Positions 50,910 through 61,809 are shown, counted from the stretch's first letter. The stretch: 64,000 nucleotides of DNA from an uncultured delta proteobacterium (GCA_963785725.1 CAWAWS010000003.1:160001-224000), one strand, 5' to 3'. Notes: generated by a model not told the origin, from the letters alone. Numbers and translations are program-made.

Positions 50910-51884
50910 ATGTCGAATATGAAAGCGGTCGTTATGTACGAGCCGGGCGGCGCCGACGTGCTCAAAGTCGAGACGCGGCCCATTCCGACGCCACGCGATG
51001 GTGAAGTGCTCATTCGCGTCAAAGCGTTTGGGCTCAATCGCTCCGAGCTCTTTACGCGCCAAGGTCATTCGCCGGGCGTGGAGTTTCCGCGCATTCTCGG
51101 GATCGAAGCGGTCGGCGTCGTCGAGCGCGCGCCGGCCCGAGAATTCGACGCCGGCGATATCGTGGCGACGGCGATGGGCGGAATGGGCCGACAGCGCGAC
51201 GGCGGTTATGCCGAATACACTTGCGTCGCGGCTGGGCAAGTGCAGCGGCTGAAGACGACGCTGCCGTGGGCGACGCTCGGCGCCGTGCCGGAGATGCTGC
51301 AGACGGCCTGGGGCTCGCTCCTCAAGGCGCTGCGGATTCAGCGCGGCGAGCGGCTGCTCATTCGCGGCGGCACGACGTCGGTCGGGCTCGCGGCGGCGGC
51401 GATCGCCAAGCGTCACGGCGTCTCCGTCGTCGCCACGACGCGACAGCCCGATCGCGCCGCGCTCTTGCGACAGAGCGGCGCCGACGAGGTCGTCATCGAC
51501 TCGGGCGCCATCGCGAGTGAAGTGCAAACGCGCTTCGGCGGCGTCGACAAGGTGCTCGAGCTCGTCGGCGTGACCACGTTGAAGGACTCGTTGCGCTGCG
51601 CCAAAGTGGGCGGCATCGTGTGCATGACCGGTATCGTCGGCAATCAATGGTCATTCAGCGAATTCACGCCGATGGAGGCGATACCCACGGCGGTATGCTT
51701 GACCTCTTATTCAGGCGACGCCGACGACTTCATGCGCACACCGCTGCAAGCGCTGGTCGAGCAGATCGCCGCCGGCGAGCTGCACGTGCAAGTCGGCAAG
51801 ACGTTCGCCATCGACGAGATCGTCGCGGCGCATCGCTGCATGGAGGAGAACCAGGCGGGCGGAAAGATCGTCGTGTTGACGTGA
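50910..51884 (+). CDS. MDR-family NADPH:quinone oxidoreductase-like protein
   Basis: [36 protein letters not shown]. Confidence 0.92.
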   Translation: MSNMKAVVMYEPGGADVLKVETRPIPTPRDGEVLIRVKAFGLNRSELFTRQGHSPGVEFPRILGIEAVGVVERAPAREFDAGDIVATAMGGMGRQRDGGYAEYTCVAAGQVQRLKTTLPWATLGAVPEMLQTAWGSLLKALRIQRGERLLIRGGTTSVGLAAAAIAKRHGVSVVATTRQPDRAALLRQSGADEVVIDSGAIASEVQTRFGGVDKVLELVGVTTLKDSLRCAKVGGIVCMTGIVGNQWSFSEFTPMEAIPTAVCLTSYSGDADDFMRTPLQALVEQIAAGELHVQVGKTFAIDEIVAAHRCMEENQAGGKIVVLT

Positions 51885-51887
51885 ATC

Positions 51888-51930
51888 GATACTGAAGCGA
51901 CTGCTTTACTGAAGCCGATACTTCAGTGTC
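51888..51930. repeat. ACTGAAG/CTTCAGT palindromic repeat, copy B
   Basis: TACTGAAGCgaCTGCTTTACT overlapping an ACTGAAG-ccgatA-CTTCAGT hairpin. Confidence 0.7.
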
Positions 51931-51948
51931 ATAATCAAATGCAGCGCT

Positions 51949-53412
51949 TCACTTGGCGAGATAGTCGCGCGCGGCGGTGGCGGCGAATACGCCTTTGGTC
52001 TCGTCGATCGCGTGGTCGCGGTCATTGAAGCCGGCGCTGACGAAGAGCCAATGGTCGTCGCCTTTACGCCGCAAGAGCCACGTCAGGTTGAGGACGCCGG
52101 GCTCGCTGCCGCCTTTGTAGCCGATGTATTCGTAGGCGCCGGTGTCGTCGACGATTCCGGGATTCAGCGACAAGATCGCCTTGACGGGCGCGGTCGCCGG
52201 CACTTGCGCGTGCGCCGCCAACGACGCCATCAGCTTGCAGAGATCGTCGGGCGACGCGAAATACTCGAGGGAATCGATCTGGCGCGGCTTTTCCCAGCCG
52301 GCGGCGCTCTTGAGCGCCTCGTGTAAGTCGCGCGCGGCAAAGGTCGACAGCAGCTTACGCTTGTGCGCGACGTCGGCGTGCGCATAAGCGGTGAGCTCGG
52401 CCGGCGTCGTCGCCAGCTTGAGCGCGAACAGCTCGCGGGTCGACAAGAAGGGGATCATGCGCGCCGGCGCCGAATGGCCGCTCGCTTTGACCGCGGCCTC
52501 GACGGCGGCGCGACCGACGAACGCGAGCAGATGGTCGGTCGCCGTGTTGTCGCTAATCGAGATCATCTTCTCGGCGACTTGGCGAACGGTGAAGGTCTTG
52601 CCCGCCGGCGCGTCTTGCAGCTCGCCCGACGGCAGGCTCTTCTTGGCCTCGTCGATCGTAATCAGTTCGTCCCACGAATGCTGCCCTGCGGCGATTTGTC
52701 GCGCCAACGCTTCGAGGATGTAGAGCTTGAAGGTCGAGCCGAGCGCGAGGATCTTTTGCGGCTCGATCGCCGAGCGCGCACGGCATTGTCCGCCGGAGAT
52801 GTCGGCCGCCAGGAAGCTTACGTTGGGCGCGACGGCGCGCAGCCGCGCGTGCACGTCATCCCATGACGTCGCCGGCGGCGCGTCGGCCACCGGCCGCAAG
52901 AGCAGGCCCGTCAGGCGCTGCGGCGCCACCGCCTCGACGCGCAGCGAGAGCTTGACCTTCGCGCCCTGGGCTTGTGGATTTCCCGAGCGCACGACCGCGA
53001 CGAGCTGGCCGTCGGCCGACTCCTCGACGTGCTCAATCGTGAGCGGCGGCAGCTGCTGGCTCAGCTGCGCGAAGAGCGCGGCCACTTGCGACAACGGCAC
53101 CTGCGCGACGAACGACTCCGCGAAGTGCGGCGCCGCGTCGGCCGCGCTCGGCGGATGCGCGATCGCCGCCAGCACCCACACCAGCTGCCGGCCGGTGGCG
53201 CTATCGGGCACGCCCGCCGGCAAAGCCGGCGCGGCCGGCGATGGTGCGGCGGCGGCGCGGTCAGCGGGGCGCGGCGGCGCGGGCGCGACTTGCGCGGCGG
53301 TCGCCATGCGCGGCGCGGCCGATTGCGCGGCTTTCGTGCATGCCGACAGTGGCAACAGCAACGTCAATGCCAAACGCAAACGAAGGGAAACAGTCATGGA
53401 TTGTGCGCTCAT
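51949..53412 (-). CDS. Class A beta-lactamase-like serine hydrolase lipoprotein (Cpe/LpqF type)
   Basis: LSAC lipobox; STFK, SDN and KGGS active-site motifs; extra N-terminal domain. Confidence 0.88.
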   Translation of the reverse strand: MSAQSMTVSLRLRLALTLLLPLSACTKAAQSAAPRMATAAQVAPAPPRPADRAAAAPSPAAPALPAGVPDSATGRQLVWVLAAIAHPPSAADAAPHFAESFVAQVPLSQVAALFAQLSQQLPPLTIEHVEESADGQLVAVVRSGNPQAQGAKVKLSLRVEAVAPQRLTGLLLRPVADAPPATSWDDVHARLRAVAPNVSFLAADISGGQCRARSAIEPQKILALGSTFKLYILEALARQIAAGQHSWDELITIDEAKKSLPSGELQDAPAGKTFTVRQVAEKMISISDNTATDHLLAFVGRAAVEAAVKASGHSAPARMIPFLSTRELFALKLATTPAELTAYAHADVAHKRKLLSTFAARDLHEALKSAAGWEKPRQIDSLEYFASPDDLCKLMASLAAHAQVPATAPVKAILSLNPGIVDDTGAYEYIGYKGGSEPGVLNLTWLLRRKGDDHWLFVSAGFNDRDHAIDETKGVFAATAARDYLAK

Positions 53413-53455
53413 ATAATCAGGCCTTTGCATTCGAATGGGCGAACATTGAATTGCG

Positions 53456-54049
53456 TTATGGGTTATTCGCGGGCGGCTCATCGTCGTTCAAGAGACGGCG
53501 CGCTTCGTCGATCTCGGCCAGCTCCCGCACGACGCGTTTGCGCACCAGCGCGATTCCCAGCCACGACGGCGGAATCGTAATCGCCGCCATGCCGACGAGC
53601 GCGATGAGGTCGGATGGATTGACGTGACGTTTGGCGATGGCTTGCGCGACCGTGATCGCGACCAGCGCGGCGACGAAGCTGCCGACACACCACGGCATGA
53701 AGCGCGCGAGCCGCAGCCGGCCGCGATGGCGCTGCTCGAGCGCGGCCAGCTGCGCCAACGGCGCCGCGCCGGGATCGCCCCAGGTGCCGCGCAGGCTGAC
53801 GTGGACGCGAATGAGGATAGCCATCATCATTGCCGCCACGACCAGCGCGGACAGCGTATCGAAGAGCGATTGGGCCTTGCGCAGCTCGCCCACCAAGAGC
53901 CAGCTCATCGGCACGAAAATCGCGTAAACCAACGAGATTCCAACGATCGTCAGCGTGCGGTTGGCGCGCGCTTTGGCGACGGCATAGGGCATCGGTCGTC
54001 CTCCTTGGTGAAAGGTCGTCTTCAGCCGCTCCCACTCGGGGTCGTTCAT
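53456..54049 (-). CDS. Putative membrane anti-sigma factor
   Basis: Four hydrophobic helices, ATGA overlap with the ECF sigma gene. Confidence 0.65.
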   Translation of the reverse strand: MNDPEWERLKTTFHQGGRPMPYAVAKARANRTLTIVGISLVYAIFVPMSWLLVGELRKAQSLFDTLSALVVAAMMMAILIRVHVSLRGTWGDPGAAPLAQLAALEQRHRGRLRLARFMPWCVGSFVAALVAITVAQAIAKRHVNPSDLIALVGMAAITIPPSWLGIALVRKRVVRELAEIDEARRLLNDDEPPANNP

Positions 54050-54600
54050 GGCTTCTCCAGCTCGACGCGCAGGGCGGCGCGCGCGCGGTTGAGGCGGACG
54101 GCGACGTTGCCCGCGGAAATGCCGAGGCAGACGCCGATCTCGGCTTGCGTCAGGTCTTCGAGCGCCAGCGTCAGCACCTGCCGATAGGCGACGCTGAGGC
54201 GGCGAATCGCGGCATAGAGGCGCGCGACCTCTTGGCGGCCGGCGGCGCGCGTCTCGGGGCTGGGCGCGTCATCGGCGGGCGAGCGATCGTCGGTGAGCGC
54301 GTCGGCGCCGCGCAGTCGCCGGCGCGCCAGATGCGTGAGCGCGCGGTTGTGGGCGACGCGATAGACGAACGTCTGCTCCGAGCAGTCGCCGCGAAACGCC
54401 GGCAAGGCGTTCCACAAGGCGACGGCGATCTCTTGCGCGAGGTCGTCTTGGTCGGCCGGGCGCGCGTAAGCGGCGACGACGCGGCCGAGGGCGCTGCCAT
54501 ATTGCCGCAGGAGCTCGGCGAAGCGCGCGTCGTCGGCGTTCACGGCGCGGGCGCCGGGCGCGACGGCAAAGGCGCGAACGCTCGCTTCTTCATCGGTCAC
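54046..54600 (-). CDS. ECF RNA polymerase sigma factor
   Basis: DDLAQEI..ALW..LPAFRG.CS..TFVYRVAHN; EI..CLGIS.GNVAVRLNRAR. Confidence 0.93.
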   Translation of the reverse strand: MTDEEASVRAFAVAPGARAVNADDARFAELLRQYGSALGRVVAAYARPADQDDLAQEIAVALWNALPAFRGDCSEQTFVYRVAHNRALTHLARRRLRGADALTDDRSPADDAPSPETRAAGRQEVARLYAAIRRLSVAYRQVLTLALEDLTQAEIGVCLGISAGNVAVRLNRARAALRVELEKP

Positions 54601-54707
54601 AGCATAATAGTCTCGTGCGCCCCGCGAACATTACAGGCGACCTGCGCGTGTGACTTGGCGCATTCGCGAAGTGCCGCGACAGTAGGCGTTACGCGATCGG
54701 CGCAGGG

Positions 54708-56846
54708 TCAGGCGTGGCGACGGATATTCCGCGGCGCGGGGTGATGCCGGCGCGGCTTGGGCGACGGCTGACGCCAGCCGAGCACCGAGCCGAAGCCGGC
54801 GTTCGTGCCGTCGGGGCCGCCGATGGTGACGAAGTGGCCGCTCGCCGTCGGCTGCAGCCCGCCGGCGCCGCCGAGGTAGACGTAGACCACGCCGACGCCG
54901 CCGTTGCCGCCGGACGCGCCGACGGCGACCTCGGCGTAGCCGTCACCGTTGCTGTCGCCGACGCCGATGACGGGACGGCCGAAGCCGGCGGAGTCGCCGA
55001 GCGCGCCGGGGATGGCGAGCCCGGGCATGCGATAGCCGCCGGTCGCGGCGCCGTAGTAGACGAACACCTTGCCGGGATTGGCGCCCGACAGCTGCTCGCC
55101 GACGATGAGGTCGCCGTAGCCGTCGTTGTCGAGATCGCCGGCGCCGCTGAGGACGATGCCGTACGAGGCGTTCGCGCCGTCGGGGCTGTCGATGGTGATG
55201 ACGGACGATGCGACCGCGGGGGTGATGCCGCTCGAGCCGCCGAGGTAGATGTAGACGCGCCCGCTCTGCGCGTTGTAGCCCCAGGCGCTGACGAGGATGT
55301 CGCTGTAGCCGTCGCCGTTCAGATCGGTGGTGGAGATGGCGGCGCCGAAGTAGGACTCGCCGGGCTCGGGGCCGAGCACGTTGCTGACGCGGCTGTCGAC
55401 GTTGGGCTGCAGACCGTCGCTGCCGCCGTAATAGACGAGGAGGCGTCCCTCCATGGCCGAGCCGCCGAACTCGGTGCCGACGATGAGGTCGCCGTAGCCG
55501 TCACCGTTGACGTCGGCGGCGCCGACGCCGTCGCCGAACTCGGAGTCGGCGACGTCGACGCCGCTGACGACGATGACGCGCGACGGGTCGGAGGGGTTCA
55601 CGCCGCCGGCGCTGCCGAGGAAGACGTAGACGCTGCCGACGTCGTCGGTTCCGGCGACGGTGGCGGAGTTTGCCGCGACGAAGAGGTCGGCGTAGCCATC
55701 GCCGTTGATGTCGCCGGCGCAGCCGATGAGCTCGCCGAAGTCGGACATGGTGCCGGCGCTCGACGGGGTCGTGATCGTCTGCACGGCGCTCGCGACCGAC
55801 GGATGCACGCCGTTGATGCTGCCGTAGTAGATGGAGACGCTGCCGCTGACGTTGCTGACGGCGACGTCGCCGAAGCCATCGCCGTTGATGTCGCCGGCGG
55901 CGGCGACCTGGAAGCCGAAGCTGACGTTGCTCGCGTCGGGCGCGTCGATCTCCTGCGACGTGGCGCCGGGCGAATTCAGGCCGGTGGGACCGCCGAGGAA
56001 AATGTGGACTTTGCCGGCGGTGTTGCCGCTGCCCATGGGCGCGGCGATGGCGAGGTCGGCGTAGCCGTCGCCGTTGACGTCGAGCTGCGCCGTATTGCTG
56101 GTGTCGGCGGCGACGGTGGCGATGGTGGCGCCGACGAACAGCTGCCACGTCGCGCTCGCCATATCGCTACCGCCACCGACGGCGTGCACGCGCCAGAAGA
56201 CGGTGCCGGTCGGTAAATCGGCGGTCGGGACGGCGCTCTGGTTGTCGGCGCCGATGGTGACGCTGATGGCGAGCGGGAACGTGCAGGCGCGATCCTGACA
56301 TAATTCGACGGTCGGCGTGCCCGAGCCCGGCAGCTGCCAGCGCAACGTCGGCCGCCGGCGCGTCACCTTCGCCGTCGACAAGGGCGCGATGAGGCGCGGC
56401 GCGACGACGGGACCGAGGTCGACGCCGGTCATGTCGGCGCCGCCGTCGCCGGGCGCGGTCGTCATCGTCGGCGCGAGCATGACGCCGACGTCGGCGCGCG
56501 CGCCGGTGACGACGGTCATCGAATTCTGGCCGCTGCCGACGACGGTCTTGCCGGCATAGGCGACGACGCTCAGCTGCAGCTTGCCGGTGAGCGCGCGCGG
56601 AATGTCGATGCCGAACGTCTTGGCCGGGGGCAAATCGAAGGGCGCGCCGTCCGTCGGGGGCACGGAGAACATGCGCGTCTGCGCATCGAGCGTGGCCGTG
56701 ACCTGCAGCCGCGTCACGCCCTTGACCGGCGCGCCGCTGTCGGCGGTGACGCTGACGAGCATGATGCCGTCGCCTTTGCGGCAGCCGCCCAACACCAGCA
56801 GCGCCGCGCACAACAGCCCACGAATATGCGACGAATGTTTGCGCAT
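54708..56846 (-). CDS. FG-GAP (integrin-alpha-like beta-propeller) repeat lipoprotein
   Basis: LGGC lipobox; about seven DxNGDGY.D...G.VYVF.G repeats. Confidence 0.9.
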   Translation of the reverse strand: MRKHSSHIRGLLCAALLVLGGCRKGDGIMLVSVTADSGAPVKGVTRLQVTATLDAQTRMFSVPPTDGAPFDLPPAKTFGIDIPRALTGKLQLSVVAYAGKTVVGSGQNSMTVVTGARADVGVMLAPTMTTAPGDGGADMTGVDLGPVVAPRLIAPLSTAKVTRRRPTLRWQLPGSGTPTVELCQDRACTFPLAISVTIGADNQSAVPTADLPTGTVFWRVHAVGGGSDMASATWQLFVGATIATVAADTSNTAQLDVNGDGYADLAIAAPMGSGNTAGKVHIFLGGPTGLNSPGATSQEIDAPDASNVSFGFQVAAAGDINGDGFGDVAVSNVSGSVSIYYGSINGVHPSVASAVQTITTPSSAGTMSDFGELIGCAGDINGDGYADLFVAANSATVAGTDDVGSVYVFLGSAGGVNPSDPSRVIVVSGVDVADSEFGDGVGAADVNGDGYGDLIVGTEFGGSAMEGRLLVYYGGSDGLQPNVDSRVSNVLGPEPGESYFGAAISTTDLNGDGYSDILVSAWGYNAQSGRVYIYLGGSSGITPAVASSVITIDSPDGANASYGIVLSGAGDLDNDGYGDLIVGEQLSGANPGKVFVYYGAATGGYRMPGLAIPGALGDSAGFGRPVIGVGDSNGDGYAEVAVGASGGNGGVGVVYVYLGGAGGLQPTASGHFVTIGGPDGTNAGFGSVLGWRQPSPKPRRHHPAPRNIRRHA

Positions 56847-57463
56847 TAGAACGGATGCACCGTGCCGAAGCTGGAGCTGGCGGTGGCGTTGTCGGCGTGC
56901 GACAAGCCGACGCCGAGGCCGACGCCGAGCCCGATGGCGACGGCGCCGCCGACCGCCGTCCACAGCCACCAGCGCTTGTAGAGCGGCTTTTCCCGCGGCG
57001 CGGGCGCGGCGGCGACGACGACGACCGGCGCCGGCGCGACCGCGACCGGCGGCGCAGGCGTCACGACCGGCGGCGGCGCGACCACGGGTGCTGGCGTCAC
57101 GACCGGCGGCGGCGCCGCCGCGCGCTGCTCGGCGCTCAGCTTCTCCAGCTTCGCGATCATGGCCCGTATCTCGCGCTGATTGGGCGCTTGCGGAACCTTC
57201 GAGAGGTAGGTGCGATAGAAGCGAATGGCGTCGTCGTTCTGCCCGAGCTGGCGATGACACTGCGCGATGTTGAAGAGGAAGTTGGGATCGGGAAAGTTGC
57301 GATAGGCCTCTTTGAAGTCGGTGAGCGCCGGCTCGTATTCGGCCAGGTCGTAATGGCTCGTGCCGCTCGCGAAGGAGGCGCGCGCGGCCGCTTTGTTCTC
57401 CGCACGCGCCGTCGTCAGCGACGTCAGCACGAGGAGGATCGTCAGAGCACGACAGGCGTTCAT
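56846..57463 (-). CDS. TPR protein with Pro-rich linker and C-terminal membrane anchor
   Basis: A...F..AY...PDP.FLFNIAQCHR TPR; PLYKRWWLW..VG hydrophobic segment; TAATG coupling to the FG-GAP gene. Confidence 0.85.
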   Translation of the reverse strand: MNACRALTILLVLTSLTTARAENKAAARASFASGTSHYDLAEYEPALTDFKEAYRNFPDPNFLFNIAQCHRQLGQNDDAIRFYRTYLSKVPQAPNQREIRAMIAKLEKLSAEQRAAAPPPVVTPAPVVAPPPVVTPAPPVAVAPAPVVVVAAAPAPREKPLYKRWWLWTAVGGAVAIGLGVGLGVGLSHADNATASSSFGTVHPF

Positions 57464-57720
57464 CGCCCGACAGCATACCCGCAAAGCGGGCCGCTTGGCG
57501 ACAGCCGACGCCGCGCGCGCCGGCTACTTCGGCAGCGTCGCCGGGCCGCGGCCGGCCGCAGAAAGCGCGCGCCCGGCGACAGCTACGCGCCGCCGCCGGC
57601 GTGTTCGGCGCGAAGCCGGAGCGAAAACCGTTACCGCATGGGTCGCCATGGAATTCGAATTCGAATCCCTATCGTTCGAATGGTCGGTGTCATTGCGCGT
57701 GAAATCGGCTCATTCGCGGC

Positions 57721-58194
57721 TCATTCGCGACGATTCGGGATGCTGATATTGGCGACCCAGTCTTCGATATCGCGGTGCGCGCCCAGCTTCAGCGCGTCGA
57801 ACTCGTCTTTACCGGTCGTCGCCAGCACGCCGAGCGCGCGCAGGCCTTCGTTGATCGCGGTGCGCGAAATGATCGGCGGCTGAATGAGCTGGCCGTTCTC
57901 CCACACCGCCGTCGCCTGCGTGCCCAAGCTGCCGAAGAGCTCGGCTTCGATATAGGCGACCTTGCCGGCGCGCGACAAACGCACGCAGATCTCGCGAATC
58001 GACGCCGGCAATTCGCTCTCGCCTTCGTCGGTCAAGGGCAAGAACGACAGGCCATATTGCTCGCGCACGCGATCGGTAAACAGCATGAGCGCCTTGCCTT
58101 GCGGCAGCCGCACGGCGCCGAAACCCGAGGCCGCGAACGCCGCGTCTGCCAAGATCTGCTCGTCACCAACTATGCCCTGCATCGTGTAAGACAT
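57721..58194 (-). CDS. Hypothetical protein
   Basis: AGGAGGAG RBS; YIEAELFG..GTQ..AVW, INEGLR.LGV, DEFDALKLG.HR look like a conserved unknown family. Confidence 0.75.
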   Translation of the reverse strand: MSYTMQGIVGDEQILADAAFAASGFGAVRLPQGKALMLFTDRVREQYGLSFLPLTDEGESELPASIREICVRLSRAGKVAYIEAELFGSLGTQATAVWENGQLIQPPIISRTAINEGLRALGVLATTGKDEFDALKLGAHRDIEDWVANISIPNRRE

Positions 58195-58503
58195 CGCGAG
58201 CGACTCCTCCTGCCGAATCCGCAAACGGGCGACAGCATCGCGTGAGCGGCGTCACTTTGGCAATAGCCGCATTTCCGCTAACGGCTTCACACGTCGGCGA
58301 TATTCGTCGGTTATCGTTGCTTCGTCCTACGCTGGCGGCGCGCACTCTCACCCGTCATCGATATCGCATACCGATTACTCATATTCGCGATCGTTGGCGA
58401 TATGACAAAGCGCGATTGGCGATTGATGGCGATTACAAATGTTCGATCGGCGAGGGCGGCAATCCCGAGGAGCCGCTGGCGCAAGGTGTGTCGGAGGTCG
58501 TCA

Positions 58504-58532
58504 ATCCTGCGCTGCCGAGGACAGCGTAGGAT
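58504..58532 (-). terminator. Hairpin downstream of the di-heme oxidoreductase gene
   Basis: ATCCTGCGCTG/CAGCGTAGGAT inverted repeat 14 nt after the stop codon. Confidence 0.5.
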
Positions 58533-58545
58533 CGTGCTCGCCGGT

Positions 58546-60990
58546 TTAGAGTGTAGCCAAGAAGGCCAGCAGCGCCGTTCGTTGCGTCGCGGTCATGTTG
58601 ACGAACGCCTGCTGCGCATTGGCGCCTTCGCCGCCGTGCCACAAGATGGCTTCTGTCAAGCTGCGCGCGCGACCGTCGTGCAGATAGGCTTCGCCGCCGC
58701 TCACGCCCGCCGTCAAACCGATTCCCCAGAGCGGCGGCGTACGCCATTCCGCGCCCGACGCGATGCCTTCCGGCAGATTGTCGGCGAGCCCGACGCCCAT
58801 ATCGTGCAGCAACAAGTCGGTATAGGGATGAATCGTTTGGCTGCGCAATTCGGTCTTGGGCGCGAAGGCGCTCGTCGTCAACGTCGCCGTATGGCACGAC
58901 GCGCAGCCGGCGCTGGCAAAGAGCGCCTCGCCCGCCAGCGCCGTCGGATCGTCATAGCTGCGACGCGCGGGAACGCCGAGCAGCCCGACATAACGGACCA
59001 GCTCGTCGACCGCCGCGTCTTCGATCGCCGCCGCGCCGTTGTCACAACCGGTCTGCGCGCTGCCGCAATCGAGCGTCGCGAACCCCGAGCTCTTGACGCT
59101 CATATCGCGATTGAGCGCGGTGACGATCTGATCATTCAAGCTCGCCTGCGCCGCTTTCCAGCCGAAGCGACCCATCCGCGGCTGTCCCGTCGTCCGATCG
59201 GTCACGACCGACATACGACCGGAGATGCCGTCGCCATTGGCGTCATTGACGTCGACCATGGCCGCGATCGCGCTCTCCGGCACCGCTTCCAACAGTCCCA
59301 AGCCGACCAATTGCGGCGTATTGCGCATCGAATAGTAGCTGGGAATGGCGCCGCTACCGGAATACTTCGGGCGCTGTAGCTGATACGCCGTTCCATCGGC
59401 GAACGCGCCGTTTTGCGTAATCCAGCTGTTGATATTGGCGCTGCCTTCGGAGCTGCCATTCAAATTGAACGGCTGCAGCTGCGAGCCCAGCTGCGGGTTG
59501 GGCGTGACCACCCCGCCCGCGACAGTGCCGACTTTGACCGACGTCGTCGTCAGCGTCGCGCCAATCGCGCCCGGCAAGGCGCGACCATTGTTGACGTGAC
59601 AGGTCTCGCAGCTCTGCACGACATAATTGCCGCCGATCTTGTTCATTTCGTCGGTAAAGACAGGATTGCCCGGCTCCGAATGCGTGCCGTCGAGGAAGTT
59701 GGTGTGGAACAGGCGACGTCCTTCGACCCACGGCTGCGCGTTATTGGGCGACATATTCGTCGCCATTTGGATGAAGCGCAGATCGGGCTCGTTCGAATAG
59801 GGATAATTGAGCGTCGTCGCGCCGCCGGTCAACCCGATCGGATCCATCGGATAGGAGTCGTTATTCGAGCCTTCGCCGATGAAGGGCTGAATCCCGCCGC
59901 TGCCGACCACATACAACATGACGCTCGAGTAGTAGTTGAAACGATCGTCGAACGGCGCCGCCAAGAAGATACCCACCTCTACTTCCATACGATCGCCGAT
60001 TTGAATCGCCCGATTCTCTTTCGGGTTCGTCGTAATCGTCGCCGTATAGAGGTAATCATTCACGGTCGTAAAATCGGCGTTGTAGAAGTATTCGGCGACG
60101 GTGGTAATGCCGCGAAAGAACGCGCGCACGTTGGGCGCGTCTTGCGGATGAATCGTATGCAGGTTGATCGTGATCGAATTGCCGCCTTTGGCGACCGTGT
60201 CGATGATCTCGAGATAGTGCGTGCGATCGACGAAATAGAACGGCAGAAAGTGCTCGTAGATATGAAAAACGGCCTCGCGCGCGTGGCGATCGCGCACGCG
60301 GTCACCGACCGTCGTGACGATGGCCGTGCCGATGTCGGTGATGGTCGCGGGCTCGGGCGTCGTCGCGCTGTTGAAGAGCGGCACGATCGTCCCGCTCAGG
60401 TCGGTGCCGCCGGTCGTCGGTCCGGCCGTGATGATCGGCGTCGGATAGGGCGTGCCTGTGGGCGCGGTCGTCGTCGTCGTCATGTCGGGGCTCGTCGCCA
60501 TGTCGGCGCTGCCGCCACCGCCGCCGGCTGTCCCGCCGCCGGCCGCACCGCCGCCGCCGGCCGCACCGCCACCGCCGGCGCTGCCACCACCGCCGCTGCT
60601 GCCGACGCTCAGATCGGGCGGCGCCGACACGCTGCCGCCTTGCACGTATTCGGCGGCCGGCGAGTCATGCGCGCACTGACAGCTCAAGTCGTAATACGTG
60701 AAGTTGTAATCGACGACGGTGCCGATACTGAGATTGCTCAACGTATATTGATTGTCGTTATTGGGCTCGACCGTCATGCGGATATTGAGCTGCTGCCCGC
60801 CGTTGACGTGATAATGGATATCCGCCCATAACGCGTTATTCACGAAGAATACCGCCGACGAGCCGACGCCGTTGACGCCGAATCCGGCGGTGGTGTCGGC
60901 GAAGATTTGCGCTTGTTGATCGTCCTTCGTCGGGCCGCAGCCCGCCAGCCAACAGAAGGCCATCGCCATCGCCATACGCTGCAGAGACAT
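58546..60990 (-). CDS. Di-heme oxidoreductase (DUF1111/DHOR) lipoprotein with N-terminal CBM56-like module
   Basis: LAGC lipobox; WADIHYHVNGGQQLNIRM..Y.FTY; CETCH, CASCH, GRFGWKA, DLLLHDMG, WRTPPLWG, YLHDGRA. Confidence 0.88.
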   Translation of the reverse strand: MSLQRMAMAMAFCWLAGCGPTKDDQQAQIFADTTAGFGVNGVGSSAVFFVNNALWADIHYHVNGGQQLNIRMTVEPNNDNQYTLSNLSIGTVVDYNFTYYDLSCQCAHDSPAAEYVQGGSVSAPPDLSVGSSGGGGSAGGGGAAGGGGAAGGGTAGGGGGSADMATSPDMTTTTTAPTGTPYPTPIITAGPTTGGTDLSGTIVPLFNSATTPEPATITDIGTAIVTTVGDRVRDRHAREAVFHIYEHFLPFYFVDRTHYLEIIDTVAKGGNSITINLHTIHPQDAPNVRAFFRGITTVAEYFYNADFTTVNDYLYTATITTNPKENRAIQIGDRMEVEVGIFLAAPFDDRFNYYSSVMLYVVGSGGIQPFIGEGSNNDSYPMDPIGLTGGATTLNYPYSNEPDLRFIQMATNMSPNNAQPWVEGRRLFHTNFLDGTHSEPGNPVFTDEMNKIGGNYVVQSCETCHVNNGRALPGAIGATLTTTSVKVGTVAGGVVTPNPQLGSQLQPFNLNGSSEGSANINSWITQNGAFADGTAYQLQRPKYSGSGAIPSYYSMRNTPQLVGLGLLEAVPESAIAAMVDVNDANGDGISGRMSVVTDRTTGQPRMGRFGWKAAQASLNDQIVTALNRDMSVKSSGFATLDCGSAQTGCDNGAAAIEDAAVDELVRYVGLLGVPARRSYDDPTALAGEALFASAGCASCHTATLTTSAFAPKTELRSQTIHPYTDLLLHDMGVGLADNLPEGIASGAEWRTPPLWGIGLTAGVSGGEAYLHDGRARSLTEAILWHGGEGANAQQAFVNMTATQRTALLAFLATL

Positions 60991-61809
60991 ATCGACCTCC
61001 CATAGTTTCGCGTCCGCCGACGAGCTCGCCGGCGGACCTACGCCCGCGCCGATCGCTCGTCGACGCGCTGTGCGGCGCGGACGATCGATCGGACGGGTAC
61101 TACGGCGAGCGAGACGGTGCTGCCGTCATCGCCCACGCGTGCGGTCAAGCTACGACGACCGACCGAGCGCGCAGACGCGCGCGCTACGTCATTCGCATGC
61201 GCGCCAGTCCACTCCTGAGAGGCCGCGCGCGAGCCTGCTTACTTCGAACGACGAACAATGTTTCACTCGCGTAAATATCCGTCAAACATTTTTTGAAGCG
61301 CCGTTCAATATCAGTTATCCAGTGGAAACAACGCACTGCAGCGCATTTATCCAATCCTGAATATTCGCCGCATTCTGCGGAATTCGAACAAAGTATCGCG
61401 TCACGCGCGTCGAGTCGTGCAGCGTTGCGTCACGCTGATGTCGGCATCACCAAATCGTCGCTTCGGGTTCGATTTGCCGCCGATTCGAATGGGTTTTGAC
61501 GGCGAATAATCACCCGCCGGGCGCCGCCAGATCTACACGGCGCGATGGCGATTTACCGTCGAGAACGCGGGCTCGCCGGCGCTCGCACGAAGTCGGCGCG
61601 CCAGCGGCGGCGCCAGGGATCGACGGCCCTTCGATTGGCAATATCAAATGCATTTACTGCGACGGCGCATCGATAGCTTACGATCGTATTTGTCTCACTC
61701 ACGAGACAGCGCGACGAATCGATGTTCGAATCGCGCATTGGATCCGTCTGCGGCCGATCGAAGTCGGGTAACATGCGCGCGACGGCGGCCGTTTGTCGCC
61801 GAACGACAA

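Noticed and set aside
57648..57730. GAATTC/TTCGAA and GGCTCATTCGC micro-repeats
   Set aside because: Very short local duplications with no second locus or structure to support a function.
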